The notes under the pieces were generated by a model. That model worked only from the letters and a program-made list of their open reading frames with translations. It made no database searches and had not been told where the DNA came from. This document shows, in pieces, positions 37,214 through 48,483 of a stretch of DNA of 49,966 bases (the stretch's first letter is position 1; the number at the start of each line of letters is the position of its first letter). Location: assembly GCF_000743755.1 (NCBI RefSeq), contig NW_014569508.1:1-49966 (forward strand), read 5' to 3'. Made by a program: the position numbers and the translations under genes. This stretch comes from Blastocystis sp. subtype 4. Its lineage: Eukaryota.

Positions 37214-38786
37214 ATGCAGTCACTGAAAGTTAAACGGGATGGGAAAGTGATCGAGTACACTCTCCTCGAAAAGCTAGGAAAGGGTAGCTATTCTCAAGTG
37301 TTCAAATGTATGAGAACTAGTGGCAATGAGAAATGTATCTTTGTTCGTATTATCTGTTCTTTGATGAGTTGTAGGCAGTAAAAGTCTTTAATAAGTCATT
37401 CTTGAAGAATGAGAAAACTTGGAAGCGAGTTAGTGGCGGGATTGAGTGTCACTCAGCTTTTGAGAAAGTGGAATTAGAAATTGCTTTAATGAAACGGCTA
37501 TCGCATCCAAATCTTGTCAAACTCATTGATGTTATCGACGATGAAGTCGCAGATAGGTCTACTATGGGTGAATTTATTAATTCATAGATTATATATGGTT
37601 TTGGAATACATTGAGAAAGGTCAAGTAATGATTTGCAATCAGGCAACTATGCAGTTTTATTCGCCGATTACAGGTATTTTCTTGATGATATTGTCATTGT
37701 TTAGGATGTGTTCTTGACGAGAATACAGCTCGACACTACATGATTGATATTATATCTGGTTTAAAATACTGTAGGATCAGGATCGTCAGCTTATTTGTAG
37801 TGCATCTTCATAAGGTGGTTCATCGAGATATTAAACCCGAGAACTTGCTTGTAACAAATGATAATCATGTAAAGATATCCTTTTAGTTTTTGTTTGAACG
37901 TGATTTTTGTATATGGAATAGTTTGGTTCTTGTAATCTGCTATTTCATTCAGTTTGTTCCTTAATAATACATTGGAGATTTTGGAGTTGCTCATCTTTTT
38001 GAGACATGTTCGAGTGCAGAACAATCGATTATGAGTCAGTTGCCAGAAACTACCCGACCTCTAAATCTCCTTACACGAACATCAACTGGTCTTCTTGACA
38101 ATACTGCTGGTACGATGTATTTCTACCCTCCGGAAAGTACTACAGAGCAAGCCTATAATACATATGCTGCAGATGTATGGATAGATCCTTGCATTAAGTG
38201 TAGATATGGAGTGTGGGAGTTTCATTGTATGTGATGGTAGTTGGTAAACTCCCGATATATAATCCCGATCTAATGGGTTTCTTTGATGATTTAGAGAGCA
38301 AAGATATTGATTATCCTTCATTCTTATCCCCATCTTTAGTATATCCTTGATTCATTTTGTATTTGGCTCCTTCATTCTAGTGATTTTCTGAAACGTTTCT
38401 TGTGCCGTGACCCGAAGCAACGCATTTCGATTGATGAGATTCTTGTACGAGTATATCTTCATTAGTTAGTTAGAATCATCCTTGGATGAAGGAAGAAGGT
38501 TCCATTTCACCACTTCCCACTCCCTCACCGATTGATCGAACAGCTCTAACTACTGCCGAGATTAGTGGTGCGTTGACTATGCGCTGTAACGTAGTGTATA
38601 GGAACAAAGAATAACATGTAGGGTCCTTCAGGAAGTGCAACACCTCGATCACCAGATCTTTCAAGCGAAATAGTTGTGGAAAACGAGGAAGAGGAAGAAG
38701 GATTGAATGAGAGCCAGGAAAAGAAGCTCAAAGTAGCTAGATTACTAGAAAAGCAGTATAACGCTTCAAAGTGTTCTGTGGTTTAG
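37214..38786 (+). CDS. CAMKK/GRIK-type Ser/Thr kinase with C-terminal CaaX (KCSVV*)
   Basis: LGKGSYSQV, AVKVFNKS, EIALMKRLSHPNLVKL, HRDIKPENLL, KIGDFGVA, GTMYFYPPE, DIWSVG, DPKQRISIDEILNHPW. Confidence 0.85.
37875..37970 (+). other. U12-type AT-AC intron (96 nt) in kinase gene
   Basis: ATATCCTTT...TTCCTTAAT-AATAC. Removal gives HVK|IGDFGVA (subdomain VII). Confidence 0.9.
38341..38380 (+). other. U12-type AT-AG intron (40 nt) in kinase gene
   Basis: ATATCCTTG...CTCCTTCAT-TCTAG. Only this boundary restores LSPSLV-DFLKRFLCRDPKQR; the GT donor at 38339 gives an immediate TGA. Confidence 0.85.
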
Positions 38787-38920
38787 TTGGATAGATTAGA
38801 TCCTGTTTGTTGAAAAATGGGGATTGTCACAACGAACTGGATCGTCTTCAGCATATGTTCAGTTGTTTCTTGATAATCATAGTATTAGCCTTTCTTCAGC
38901 TTATTCTTTTTTTAACGAAA

Positions 38921-40121
38921 ATGAAGAGAGAAAACTTGCTATTGCTGTCTATTTATGTTGGCACACAAATGACTGCAAAGAAGCGATATTGTGTTGGAGT
39001 AAGACTTAAAGTACTCTTTTGAGAATAGGCTTCCTTGGGGAAAGAGAAGCACTTCACTAATTGGAGTAAGAAGAGTACAGATCCTGAGTGGCATTCTGCA
39101 CTCTATTTTGTTGTTCCCTTCGAAAAGGCTTCATCCCGTCGTGATGGTCTTTGCTTCTATCTTTATAAGAAGGGTCTATTTGGTACTAAGTATGAGTTGA
39201 AATTGGCTTTCATGTTTTAGACATGTAGTTGCAAAGCATGAATTTGATCCTGGCCGCATTAATTTCTATGAAGCCTCTGGCCCAACCTATCTTGATTTCC
39301 AGACTACTGGAAAGAAGCCACAACTGTATGGTCGCATTCAGATTAAAGTTCAGTATGTGAGAGGATCCGACTACTTCACGTGTCCCACATGTCCTCGCTT
39401 AACAGATCATACTCCTGCCTTCCTTCTTGGTAACATCTCCTCTGTAACATTAGAAAAGACAAGTCTCTTTAAGAAAGGTATTCAAGTTCGTATGGTATGT
39501 GGAAAAACGAAAGAAAAAACTGAATTAGAGAAGGATGGACAATATAATTACCATTTCCTCCTCTCCCCAAAGGAATTCTTGAAGCAGCAGAAGATAACAT
39601 TCAGTGTATATAAGAAGAAGAATTACGTTGGTAATTGTATTGTAAAAGTGGATGATCTGCTGGAAGGTAATCTCTGTGAACTAACATTGCCTGTAATTCT
39701 TTGAATATCAAATAATTTCTAGGTAAAACATGGTAAGAAGGAAGTTGGAAAGTTGATAGTATTGCTTCAGACTATCTATGAGTGTTCCGAATGTATTGTA
39801 GAGCGTGAAAGTGAGGACGGTTCTGTGGATATTCCAGTGCGAGCGCCTGCTCCTACTCCTGCTCCTACCGTTCTCCCAGCAGTACAGATCCTGGGTAACA
39901 TCCCCGGTATGTCTCAGTCTGTGAAGAATGTACCTCAGCCTATGGCACCTCAATCCATGGCACCTCAACCTGTTTCTGTTATGCCCCAGGGAGTCTTCCC
40001 AGCAGCTCCCGCTCCCATTGTGATAGAGCAGCCTCCTGTTCTGACCCCTGGTCAACCTCAATTGTATGCAACGCCAGCTCCTATGGCCTGCAATGTGTAT
40101 TCTACTTCATATCAGTATTGA
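38921..40121 (+). CDS. Tandem C2-domain-like protein with Pro/Gln-rich tail
   Basis: KKSTDPEWHSALYF..LCFYLYKK and ITFSVYKKKNYVGNCIVKVDDLL (C2-like); PAPTPAP/PQPMAPQ tail; TGTTTGTT at 40131-40138. Confidence 0.6.
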
Positions 40122-40172
40122 TTTTGAATATGTTTGTTGAATCAAGAATGAGTTGATAAAAACAAACAGATG

Positions 40173-43100
40173 AGAAAGTAACAATAATGTTTCCTTGATA
40201 AGACACAACACTAATAACACTTAAACAACTCGTTGAACAGTTTCGAAAAAAACTACAACTCGTTCCCTCATCTGTTACTCGAACAAAAGGAAAGGGAGTG
40301 TTCCCAAGAAAAAGAATCGATCCATCTGAAACTCATTCTCATTCATCTTACTTACAACGTGAGAATAATGTAACTTGGCCAACAAATCTATTATCATTCA
40401 TATTGATGGTGATCACTCCTGACACTGATGATAACACGACTGTCGCATTTGGAGCCTCGATTGGACCTACAGTGATTGGAGCAGTGATTGTTGTAACCTA
40501 CATAACAATCAATACAATAATTCCTACATTAAACAAAGATTGCGGACGAATTTGAATATGATCCAGATTCACAGCTCCAAAGGTTGACAATAATTGAACA
40601 TGACCACAGACAACATCTTGCATGACTAACGGTGATGATGACGAGAAGAAGTTGAGGACTTGATTTGATTGTCTACACTTTAGTTAATCATCATATTGTA
40701 ACATTCGGACTTGTGTTAAATAGGCCACTCCTTCATTGATCCACAACATCAAGTCATGACTATTCAATACCATTCGGGAGATTCGTAATGAAATCTAATC
40801 ATCAATTTTATTCCCATTCATACATTTGTCCCATTAATGATCATGTGATACTGTTTCTCTTGTATTTCATCTTCAAAATCTTCAATAAATACTTCAGTTA
40901 CATCTAATATTCATTTTAAAACCGATATCCAACTTGTAGTCAGAACGAAATTCTGATGAAGATGGAGATGAGAGAGATGAATGGTTCCTGATTGATGAAC
41001 AACTTCCAAAGACTTAATAGAATAGAAAAATGGCGTTACAAACTGTAAATCATAAGAATCTCCCTCTAACAAAATGTTCAGATCCAGTTTTGAAGCTCTA
41101 TAATTCAATTCCTGATAGATTGGTTACGAATCCACAACGATAGTACTCATATCGTTAATACAAGCTGCATTGTATTCAAAGATCATTGTATGTCTTTCAA
41201 AACGACGTAATGCAATAGACGAATGAGTCACATCTACGGACCATACGGTTGAACTCGTATTGGTATGTTTCGAAAATGAAACTGCCGAATACAAATCCGC
41301 AGTTAATGGATTCACCACACTTTCCACACAACTATAACGATCTACCGAGACAGAAGCGTTTCGATTCCGACGAACATCGAATCGTAAATATCCGCGGGGA
41401 AATGTCGAATGAAATTGAATGATATCAGGTGGACGAGAAGAATTGAAGAATGAGTGACGTTTATACGGAGCAACTGCCCCACAAAACTGAACAAAAAGAA
41501 CGGTGAAAGCAGACCAGGCAATCAAGAAGACAAAGACAATGAACAGGAGACATCCAAATGCTAACCCAATCAATTGCTAGAATAATAATCAATAAAATAA
41601 TTCTACTTCTACTCCTCGATTTCGACTCATGATCATTTCCATTTCATGAACTCCCTTATACAAGAGCGAAACAGGCTCTAAAAAGGTTCTCATTGACTGA
41701 ACTTCCATCTCAGCCACTGTTTCCTCTCTTTCCTCAATCATCGATGCAATATCCATATCGAGACGCTCCATCACATCCTTTTCACGTTGTAATAGTGTTC
41801 TAAAACTATTCGTTAAATCTCTTAGATACATTCACTTCTGAAATGAAATGCCATATTTGGCTTCTGCATGACTAAGAATGGTTTGAACATCTTGAGAATT
41901 CGCTGGAATCCGTATAGCAAGAAAGAAATACTACATCTGAAACTACATCAATCTCTTACTGCTAAGTCACGTTCATTCAATACACCATCTCGATCAATAT
42001 CTATTACATTGAAATAGGATAGAGTAACAAGTTCTTCAATCATTTCATGTAATACACCCAAATGGATAAACTATGATGAAACTCCCTTATTGTTGATTAC
42101 CATACAACAAATTGTAAGCAAACAATAGACACGCACAAGAATAAAGGTCCAGTAGGTAAATGATATTAATTGTGTGAACAGATATGGATCAACATTCAGT
42201 CGCATCGTTTCAAAGAACAAATGTTTGTAGACAATCCAATCATTACTCCACAACCAAATCTGTGTTGACTCCTATTGGTTAAAATCGAGACAAAAAATGA
42301 CATTCCGAATATAGTAGAGGGTTAAGATAAAATAGTAGAAAAACAGGAGAACTAGGAGGACTCGACATGAAATTGCGAAAAAATGACTATTCAACAACTA
42401 TTCCAAAAATACCCTTGATTTCACCTACAATGGCTAGAATAGCGCTAGCAATGGCCAATGCAAGAACAATTGTAACAGCATATAATTGGATTGATGTTGA
42501 ATGAAGGAACGATAGAATTCCCGTGGAAAGGATATTTCATGAACAACTGACCATGGAGTGTATTTATGTAATAGAAGTCTATATAGGAGAGAAATGAACT
42601 AGAAATACAGGCTAAGTAGAATACAATGAATGCTGTGACCAAAAGAATCAAGATTTCGTCCATCAGAAGAATACGTGTTGACCGACTAGATTCAGAGAGA
42701 AATAAAGGAAATACGGACGCGAGACAATGAAGGAAGTCTGATAGAGTGAATAGAAAGAGATAATTCCAAGAGCCAGAGCAAAGAAACCACCTAGTACCAC
42801 ATAAATACGGATCTAGTGATGAGAGAAGATAGATGGAGCTACTGCTAGAACAGAGAGACCTGAGACAACTAGATAGTCGCTATTCATTGTTCAAGTTCAA
42901 TAATACTTACTTGACAACAATATTAAACGCAAACACAACTGTCAAAAATAGAGCCCAGTAGAGAACACAGAGAAATACATCCAGGCCAAACGATAATCGA
43001 AACACGAATAGTTGAAACTAGAATTAAGAAAACAATGGATCGACCACCTTTGTATGCTTCTGTGTAGCACATAAAAGTACAAAGATCTTCCATATAATAG

Positions 43101-43353
43101 GAAGGACGAGAATCCAAATAAACTTGGAAACAGTCTCTGCCTTCGGTGATCTAGAGTCCATAGAAAATGAAAAAGCTACATATATGGATCAATGTATATG
43201 ACCACAAGGATGACACAGACAAAACCCAGCATCATCATTAACTCTAACGACATTGAGTAACATGACTTCCGGAAGTGGCTTCTCTACAACATGATGAAAA
43301 CAGTGTAAACGAACGTGAGTAGTGGAAAAAATGTCACCATTTGGTGTGATCAT
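40173..43353 (-). CDS. Multi-pass membrane protein with C-terminal beta-rich extracellular domain; stop apparently completed by polyadenylation
   Basis: Many hydrophobic exons 41.5-43.3 kb; C-terminal T/S/V/G-rich strands (LSSVSGVITIN, SYQGNIIVTF); ends TTC T|CATC|TGTTTGTT. Confidence 0.6.
42496..42535 (-). other. U12-type AT-AC intron (40 nt)
   Basis: ATATCCTTT...TTCCTTCAT-TCAAC. Removal gives QLFMK-SIQLYAVTIVLALAIASAILAI (TM helix). Confidence 0.85.
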
Positions 43354-43405
43354 AATTTCTCTTGAAGACTACACAAAATGAAAGTCACTTAAAAACAAAC
43401 ATGCA

Positions 43406-44788
43406 TACTGCCTCTGAATCACTGGTTTATACCCCCTTCGTATCCACTCTTCTGCAATCTGTGAATACAAGTAATTATATTCGTCGCTATGGGACTTGGA
43501 TGTTGAGAGTTTATCGTCACCTTCATCTTTCACAAAAAAAGAAAACTGTGGAATAACACAAGCTTCAATCCCTAACTCCATATTCAATGCAGATGACATA
43601 AACAAGATATCCCCATACCGTCGAGAAAACAATGGAACCTTCAAGTAAGCTTTTCTCCATGCCGTATCAAGGAACTGAGGAATAAATGCATAATCGACAA
43701 CTGTAAGATTGGATACTGTGGAACTTGTTTTCAATTCCCAATCCTTGTGGTTCACAGAAGGAACAACTAGCTTTCCTCGCTCCGTAGCAACACAGTGATT
43801 CAGTTGCATTATCTGGATACCTGTTTCCAGAGTAGTTGGAGTTAATACCATATCATCATCGACAAGAACCGTTGAATGGATGGAGGAAGGAATTGGTACA
43901 AAATGACGCATGTAAGAAAAAGAATTCCAGTTTGACAACCAGACATGTTGAAAAATGATGGGTTTCACCTTGCATTCTGCTGGTATTATTTCTCGATTAA
44001 TCGATATAAATGCCATATTCTGAATGAATATGATGATACTGGGAACGAGGGTCTGAGTACATAAACTTGTCAACACATGAGAGAAATAGTTGCGTTTGAA
44101 TGCCGTTAAGACCACTGCAGTCGTATTATTCGCTTCTTCTCGAGGCAAACAATTTGAAGGACCCAACTTCTCAAAATCCCGAATGCGGGAAATCACATCA
44201 AACGAAGAATACTCAACAGAAAAGCACGGATCCGATATGAGTTGACGGACTTTAGAACAGGAAAAAACACCTACAGAGTCTGAAGAATAGGGTTTTGAGT
44301 AAATTATATCAGTGAGGGCTTTCTTTAGAGCTGTAGAAGAGAGATTCGCTGTTTGGATAATAGCAACATTATCAGATCCCTCATAGGCTATTAGCGAATA
44401 CACAAAGTGACTACACATTTCAGGTGAACAGCGAACTAAACGGGCTCCTGTTGCATGAGAAGACTCCCACAATGTTGATGGATCCAAAAACGTGCCATTA
44501 CTTATGACAACATACACAGTTAGATTGAAAGTTTGGAACTCCGAAAGAGTTGACATCAGTTCATCTGATAAATTAGCACATTGAAGAACCACCAAAGGCC
44601 GATTCGTTGAAATCTCATTTGAAACAATTAAATTACTCACAACTGGATATACCCGTAAGTGGGATTCTATATCTATACAATAGTTCGAAAAATGTGAACA
44701 TACAGGTATGAAGATAGTAATATCTGTAGAAGAAGATGGGTACAACCAATATTATTAAAAAGATATATAAAAACGAAAAATGACTCAT
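43406..44788 (-). CDS. Type II membrane GT-A fold glycosyltransferase-like protein; stop apparently completed by polyadenylation
   Basis: Signal anchor MSHFSFLYIFLIILVVPIFFY (one 31-nt intron); TAVVLTAFKRNYFSHVLTSLCTQT; VLVDDDM (DxD); ends CAG TA|TGCA|TGTTTGTT. Confidence 0.7.
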
Positions 44789-44975
44789 CGCAAATAGGAA
44801 ATGAATCACTTGCTTTTATTGAACTTTAGTAGTGACCCTATTTGATCCCGGTCATGACATTGAATTGGTTTTCTACTTTGTCATTAGGGAGACTTGTTAA
44901 TCATGTGGGAAATAGGGAATTCCAAGAATATAATTTATTTCTATACTAAGACGATTCGTTCAGAACAACGGAGGA

Positions 44976-46190
44976 ATGATTCCTGCGATAAAGAATTTGA
45001 ATTGGAAGCTGTCCAGTTGTTGGACTGTCCAGTTTCGACAGATTTCTTCCCTTGTTTTCACAAACAAGAACATGTATCATAATTTCTATATATTGAATAT
45101 AGAGGATCAGGTGAATCGTTTCAAAATTTTCTTGAACAGAGAGAATTGGAGTTTGGGCGAATCGCTGATCACGATGAATCAGCAATTTTCCTTCATGAAC
45201 TGTCTCAACTGTATTTACAAACGTGTTATTGTAATGTAGACAAAAGAATGCAGGAAAAGAGATCTCGTTGAAGGGTGATTCTACTGTATATAGTCTTGTT
45301 CGTAACTCTTTTCTCTGTATTGATGTATTCATGATCAAATTTGTTTCCTTTAGAAGGCACAGAGAGAATCGTTTTACGCGAATCAAGTTTCGTTGGCTTT
45401 TTTTGCTTCACTCTTTGCAGATCGCCAGGGATCCATCTTCAACATGTCATCAGACTCAGTTGTAGCTTCTCTTCTGATGAACTTATACTCGGGCTACAAT
45501 CAAGTGATTCTCAATGAATCGGGTTTGATATTATCCACAATATGATGACTAGACAAAAAGAGCTTCAAGGAACTCATTACATTGAATTGTCTCAGCTCAC
45601 GGATTCTTCCACAAAACGATGATTCACTCTCATCTGTGCAAACAATTGTCTTCATTTTATTTTCTTTTCATTTTAGTTTTATTGTATTCCCGAACCAATA
45701 TCACAGAATGGACTTCCTGCCTATACGAAGGACAATGTGAAGCAAATCGAAGACTCATTTGGATTAAAAGAGTGCTACCATGCAATTGAAGAAGCTGGGC
45801 GTATTCTACGGAATTCAAATCTTTCAGAAGAAAGAAAACAGTTGATTCCAACCGAACGGTCTCTCTTTATGCTGTAAACGCATTCCATTGGTTTAACATA
45901 GTTGTTCTTCTTCTTTCCTTCCCTATTTCTATCATCGTTTCAAAGACTGTGACTATTTCGATTGTTATTGTTGCAGTCTATTAAAGGAAAGAGAATCGGA
46001 GGATGTAACATCATCTCAGTTACTGGTACGAGCCTATATACAAGATGAAGGAGATGAAGCTCCAAGTGGAGTGACCTTCTCTACATACCCAACAGTCGCT
46101 TTACTAGATGAAACAGGGAATCTCTCAGAGGATGTTACTGATTTTATCAAACAGATTCCTGGTTATAAGACTTACAGTTTCTATGTTTGA
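44976..46190 (+). CDS. Hypothetical protein, possible organellar targeting presequence
   Basis: Exon chain with about 30-nt introns; basic/hydroxylated N-terminus; no recognised domain. Confidence 0.45.
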
Positions 46191-46244
46191 GTTAAACACT
46201 TTATAACAAACAGACAAAGAGAAGATAAATGACACTCACGTCGG

Positions 46245-47327
46245 TTAGTTACGATTCTCTCCGTGAAGAGCCTTGTAAGAAAGCTTAATACGTTCCACCA
46301 TCGACTTCTCAGCCTCTCTCAGCCACACACGAGGATCGTAGAACTTCTTGTTAGGATGAGTAGGATCCGTAGAAGTACCCACCTGCTTTTGCAGATAATC
46401 CTCATTCTTCTGATAATAGTTGCGAATTCCATCCCAGAAAGCCCACTGAGTATCTGTATCCACGTTCATCTTCACAACACCAGCAGATACAGCAACATCA
46501 ATCTCACTAGGAAGAGAACCACTGCCTCCATGGAACACAAGCATCACAGGCTTGTCTTCAGTCAGATGGAGCTGCTCCTTAATGTACTTCTGAGCATTGT
46601 GCAGAATTTCAGGATGCAGTTTCACATTACCAGGAGCATACACTCCATGGACATTACCGAAAGCAGCGGCAACGGTGAAACGAGGAGTAATCTTACTAAG
46701 AGTCGTGTACACCTTCAACACATCCTCAGGCTGTGAGTACAGACGAGAGTTCTCCACACCACTGTTATCAACACCATCTTCCTCTCCTCCAGTCACACCA
46801 ATCTCCATCTCCAAAAGGATTCCGAGCTTGTTGCAACGCTCCAGATACTGGGAAGTAAGAGCCAGATTGTCATCCATGCTCTCAATGGAAAGATCAATCA
46901 TATGAGAAGAGAACAGAGCTCTTCCATTCTCCTTATAGTACTCCTCAGAAGCCTCCAAACAGCCATCAAGCCAAGGAAGCAACTTCTTAGCACAATGATC
47001 AGTGTGAAGGACAACAGCCACTCCGTAAGAAGCAGCAACAGAATGCACATACTTAGCTCCAGCCACAGCTCCCATAATAGCCTGACCCTGGGGTTTATCA
47101 GTCTTGATACCCTTTCCAGAGAAGAAAGCAGCACCTCCGTTAGAGAACTGGATGATGATAGGAGAATTGACAGCAGCAGCAGCCTCGAGGCAGGCATTCA
47201 CAGTGTCACTGGTGGTGCAATTCACAGCAGGAATAGCGAAACCCTGCTCTTGGGCATATCTGAACAACTTCATAGTTTCATCACCAGTGAGGACACCAGG
47301 ATGAAGGAAACTCATAGCTCCGGACAT
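46245..47327 (-). CDS. fbaA: Fructose-bisphosphate aldolase class II (type A, FbaA/FBA1-like), intronless
   Basis: FAIPAVN, IIQFSNGG, LHTDHCAKKLLPW, FSSHMIDLS, LEMEIGVTGGEEDG, FGNVHGVY, VFHGGSGS, KMNVDTD, NKKFYDPRVW; TGTTTGTT at 46205-46212. Confidence 0.96.
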   Translation of the reverse strand: MSGAMSFLHPGVLTGDETMKLFRYAQEQGFAIPAVNCTTSDTVNACLEAAAAVNSPIIIQFSNGGAAFFSGKGIKTDKPQGQAIMGAVAGAKYVHSVAASYGVAVVLHTDHCAKKLLPWLDGCLEASEEYYKENGRALFSSHMIDLSIESMDDNLALTSQYLERCNKLGILLEMEIGVTGGEEDGVDNSGVENSRLYSQPEDVLKVYTTLSKITPRFTVAAAFGNVHGVYAPGNVKLHPEILHNAQKYIKEQLHLTEDKPVMLVFHGGSGSLPSEIDVAVSAGVVKMNVDTDTQWAFWDGIRNYYQKNEDYLQKQVGTSTDPTHPNKKFYDPRVWLREAEKSMVERIKLSYKALHGENRN

Positions 47328-47393
47328 TTTACGATTAATAAAGAAAAAATGATCAAATGAGGGGTTTGAGCAGGGCGATCATCGCAATAAAAG

Positions 47394-48139
47394 ATGATTG
47401 GACAGAAAGGGTTATCACCAGTCATTGCATAGACCACTGCCAACTCATCCCCCTTCTCGAACCTTCTATTTGTTGACTATTCTCTACACGAAAGGACTTA
47501 CCATTTCCAATAGACTATGGATCCATTGTGAAGCACCAGTACATGACCTGTACACACACTTAATAATTTGAATTTGAGGACTATTTCCATGTAATCTACA
47601 AGTTGGTAAAACGTTTATTCCGATCATTCACTTTTTCTGTTTCAGCTGGAAATGATCCTTATAAGATCTTTGTTCGCTCGTTGTCTCAATAGTATACGAA
47701 TTCTTGTTTCTACTTTCCTCCACTGGGTGGATTCAATGCTACAGTCATTTATGAGTCTGAAATCATCTTACTTTGCTCTTGCCGAAGATGTTTCGGATGT
47801 ATCAGTGGCAGAAAGTGATGTCCCTGATGTGTCTTTGTTGGAGTGTTCAAGAGGTGCTCTGAGTGATGTGAATCAAATCCGGTTACTCTATTGTCAGAAT
47901 GTACTTATCTTGGCCATATTTGACTGTAGAGTGATCCTTTTGCTTCATCTATTCCAGAATCATTACGCAACGGTTGTGGTATAGAGTCTTTTTTCTTTTG
48001 GTACGGATTCGAGTATGCCATGCAGCATTGTTGTTCTGATCATGCCTATCTGATTGAGCAGCAGAATAATATGAAGCGTATATTTGATGAGTATGTAATG
48101 AAAGCACGCAGAGAATTAGCTTGCGTTAAAAGCCAATAA
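47394..48139 (+). CDS. Hypothetical protein (exon structure unresolved)
   Basis: Short open frames between intron-like segments; last exon HCCSDHAYLIEQQNNMKRIFDEYVMKARRELACVKSQ*; TGTTTGTT at 48180-48187. Confidence 0.35.
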
Positions 48140-48483
48140 TGATATTTTCCTATTTTACCTTTTCGACTTTTCTGCTTTCTGTTTGTTGAAATAGATTTCA
48201 ATCGGAGTAAATTTTGACACCCATAATGAAAAAGAATATATTATTGAGGGAGGGGAATCACTAGACAAATAATTAAATAGCCTCAAACTAATGAGTAAGG
48301 AAACTAACGCTTCCACTGATAATGGAGGCATCGTAGATTACGACCTATTTTTGAAAGGGTATGGAACGGCCTAAACTTGGTGCTCTGCCTCTTTGCAGAG
48401 TTGAGTTCTGGCTGGTCCCCTTACTATCCTTCTTTAAATGAAATCATACGAATATTACACTCGATTGCTATAAGTTTTTTCTC

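Noticed and set aside
46263..47360. Several + strand and alternate-frame ORFs over the aldolase
   Set aside because: These are shadow ORFs caused by codon bias; they have no recognisable motifs.
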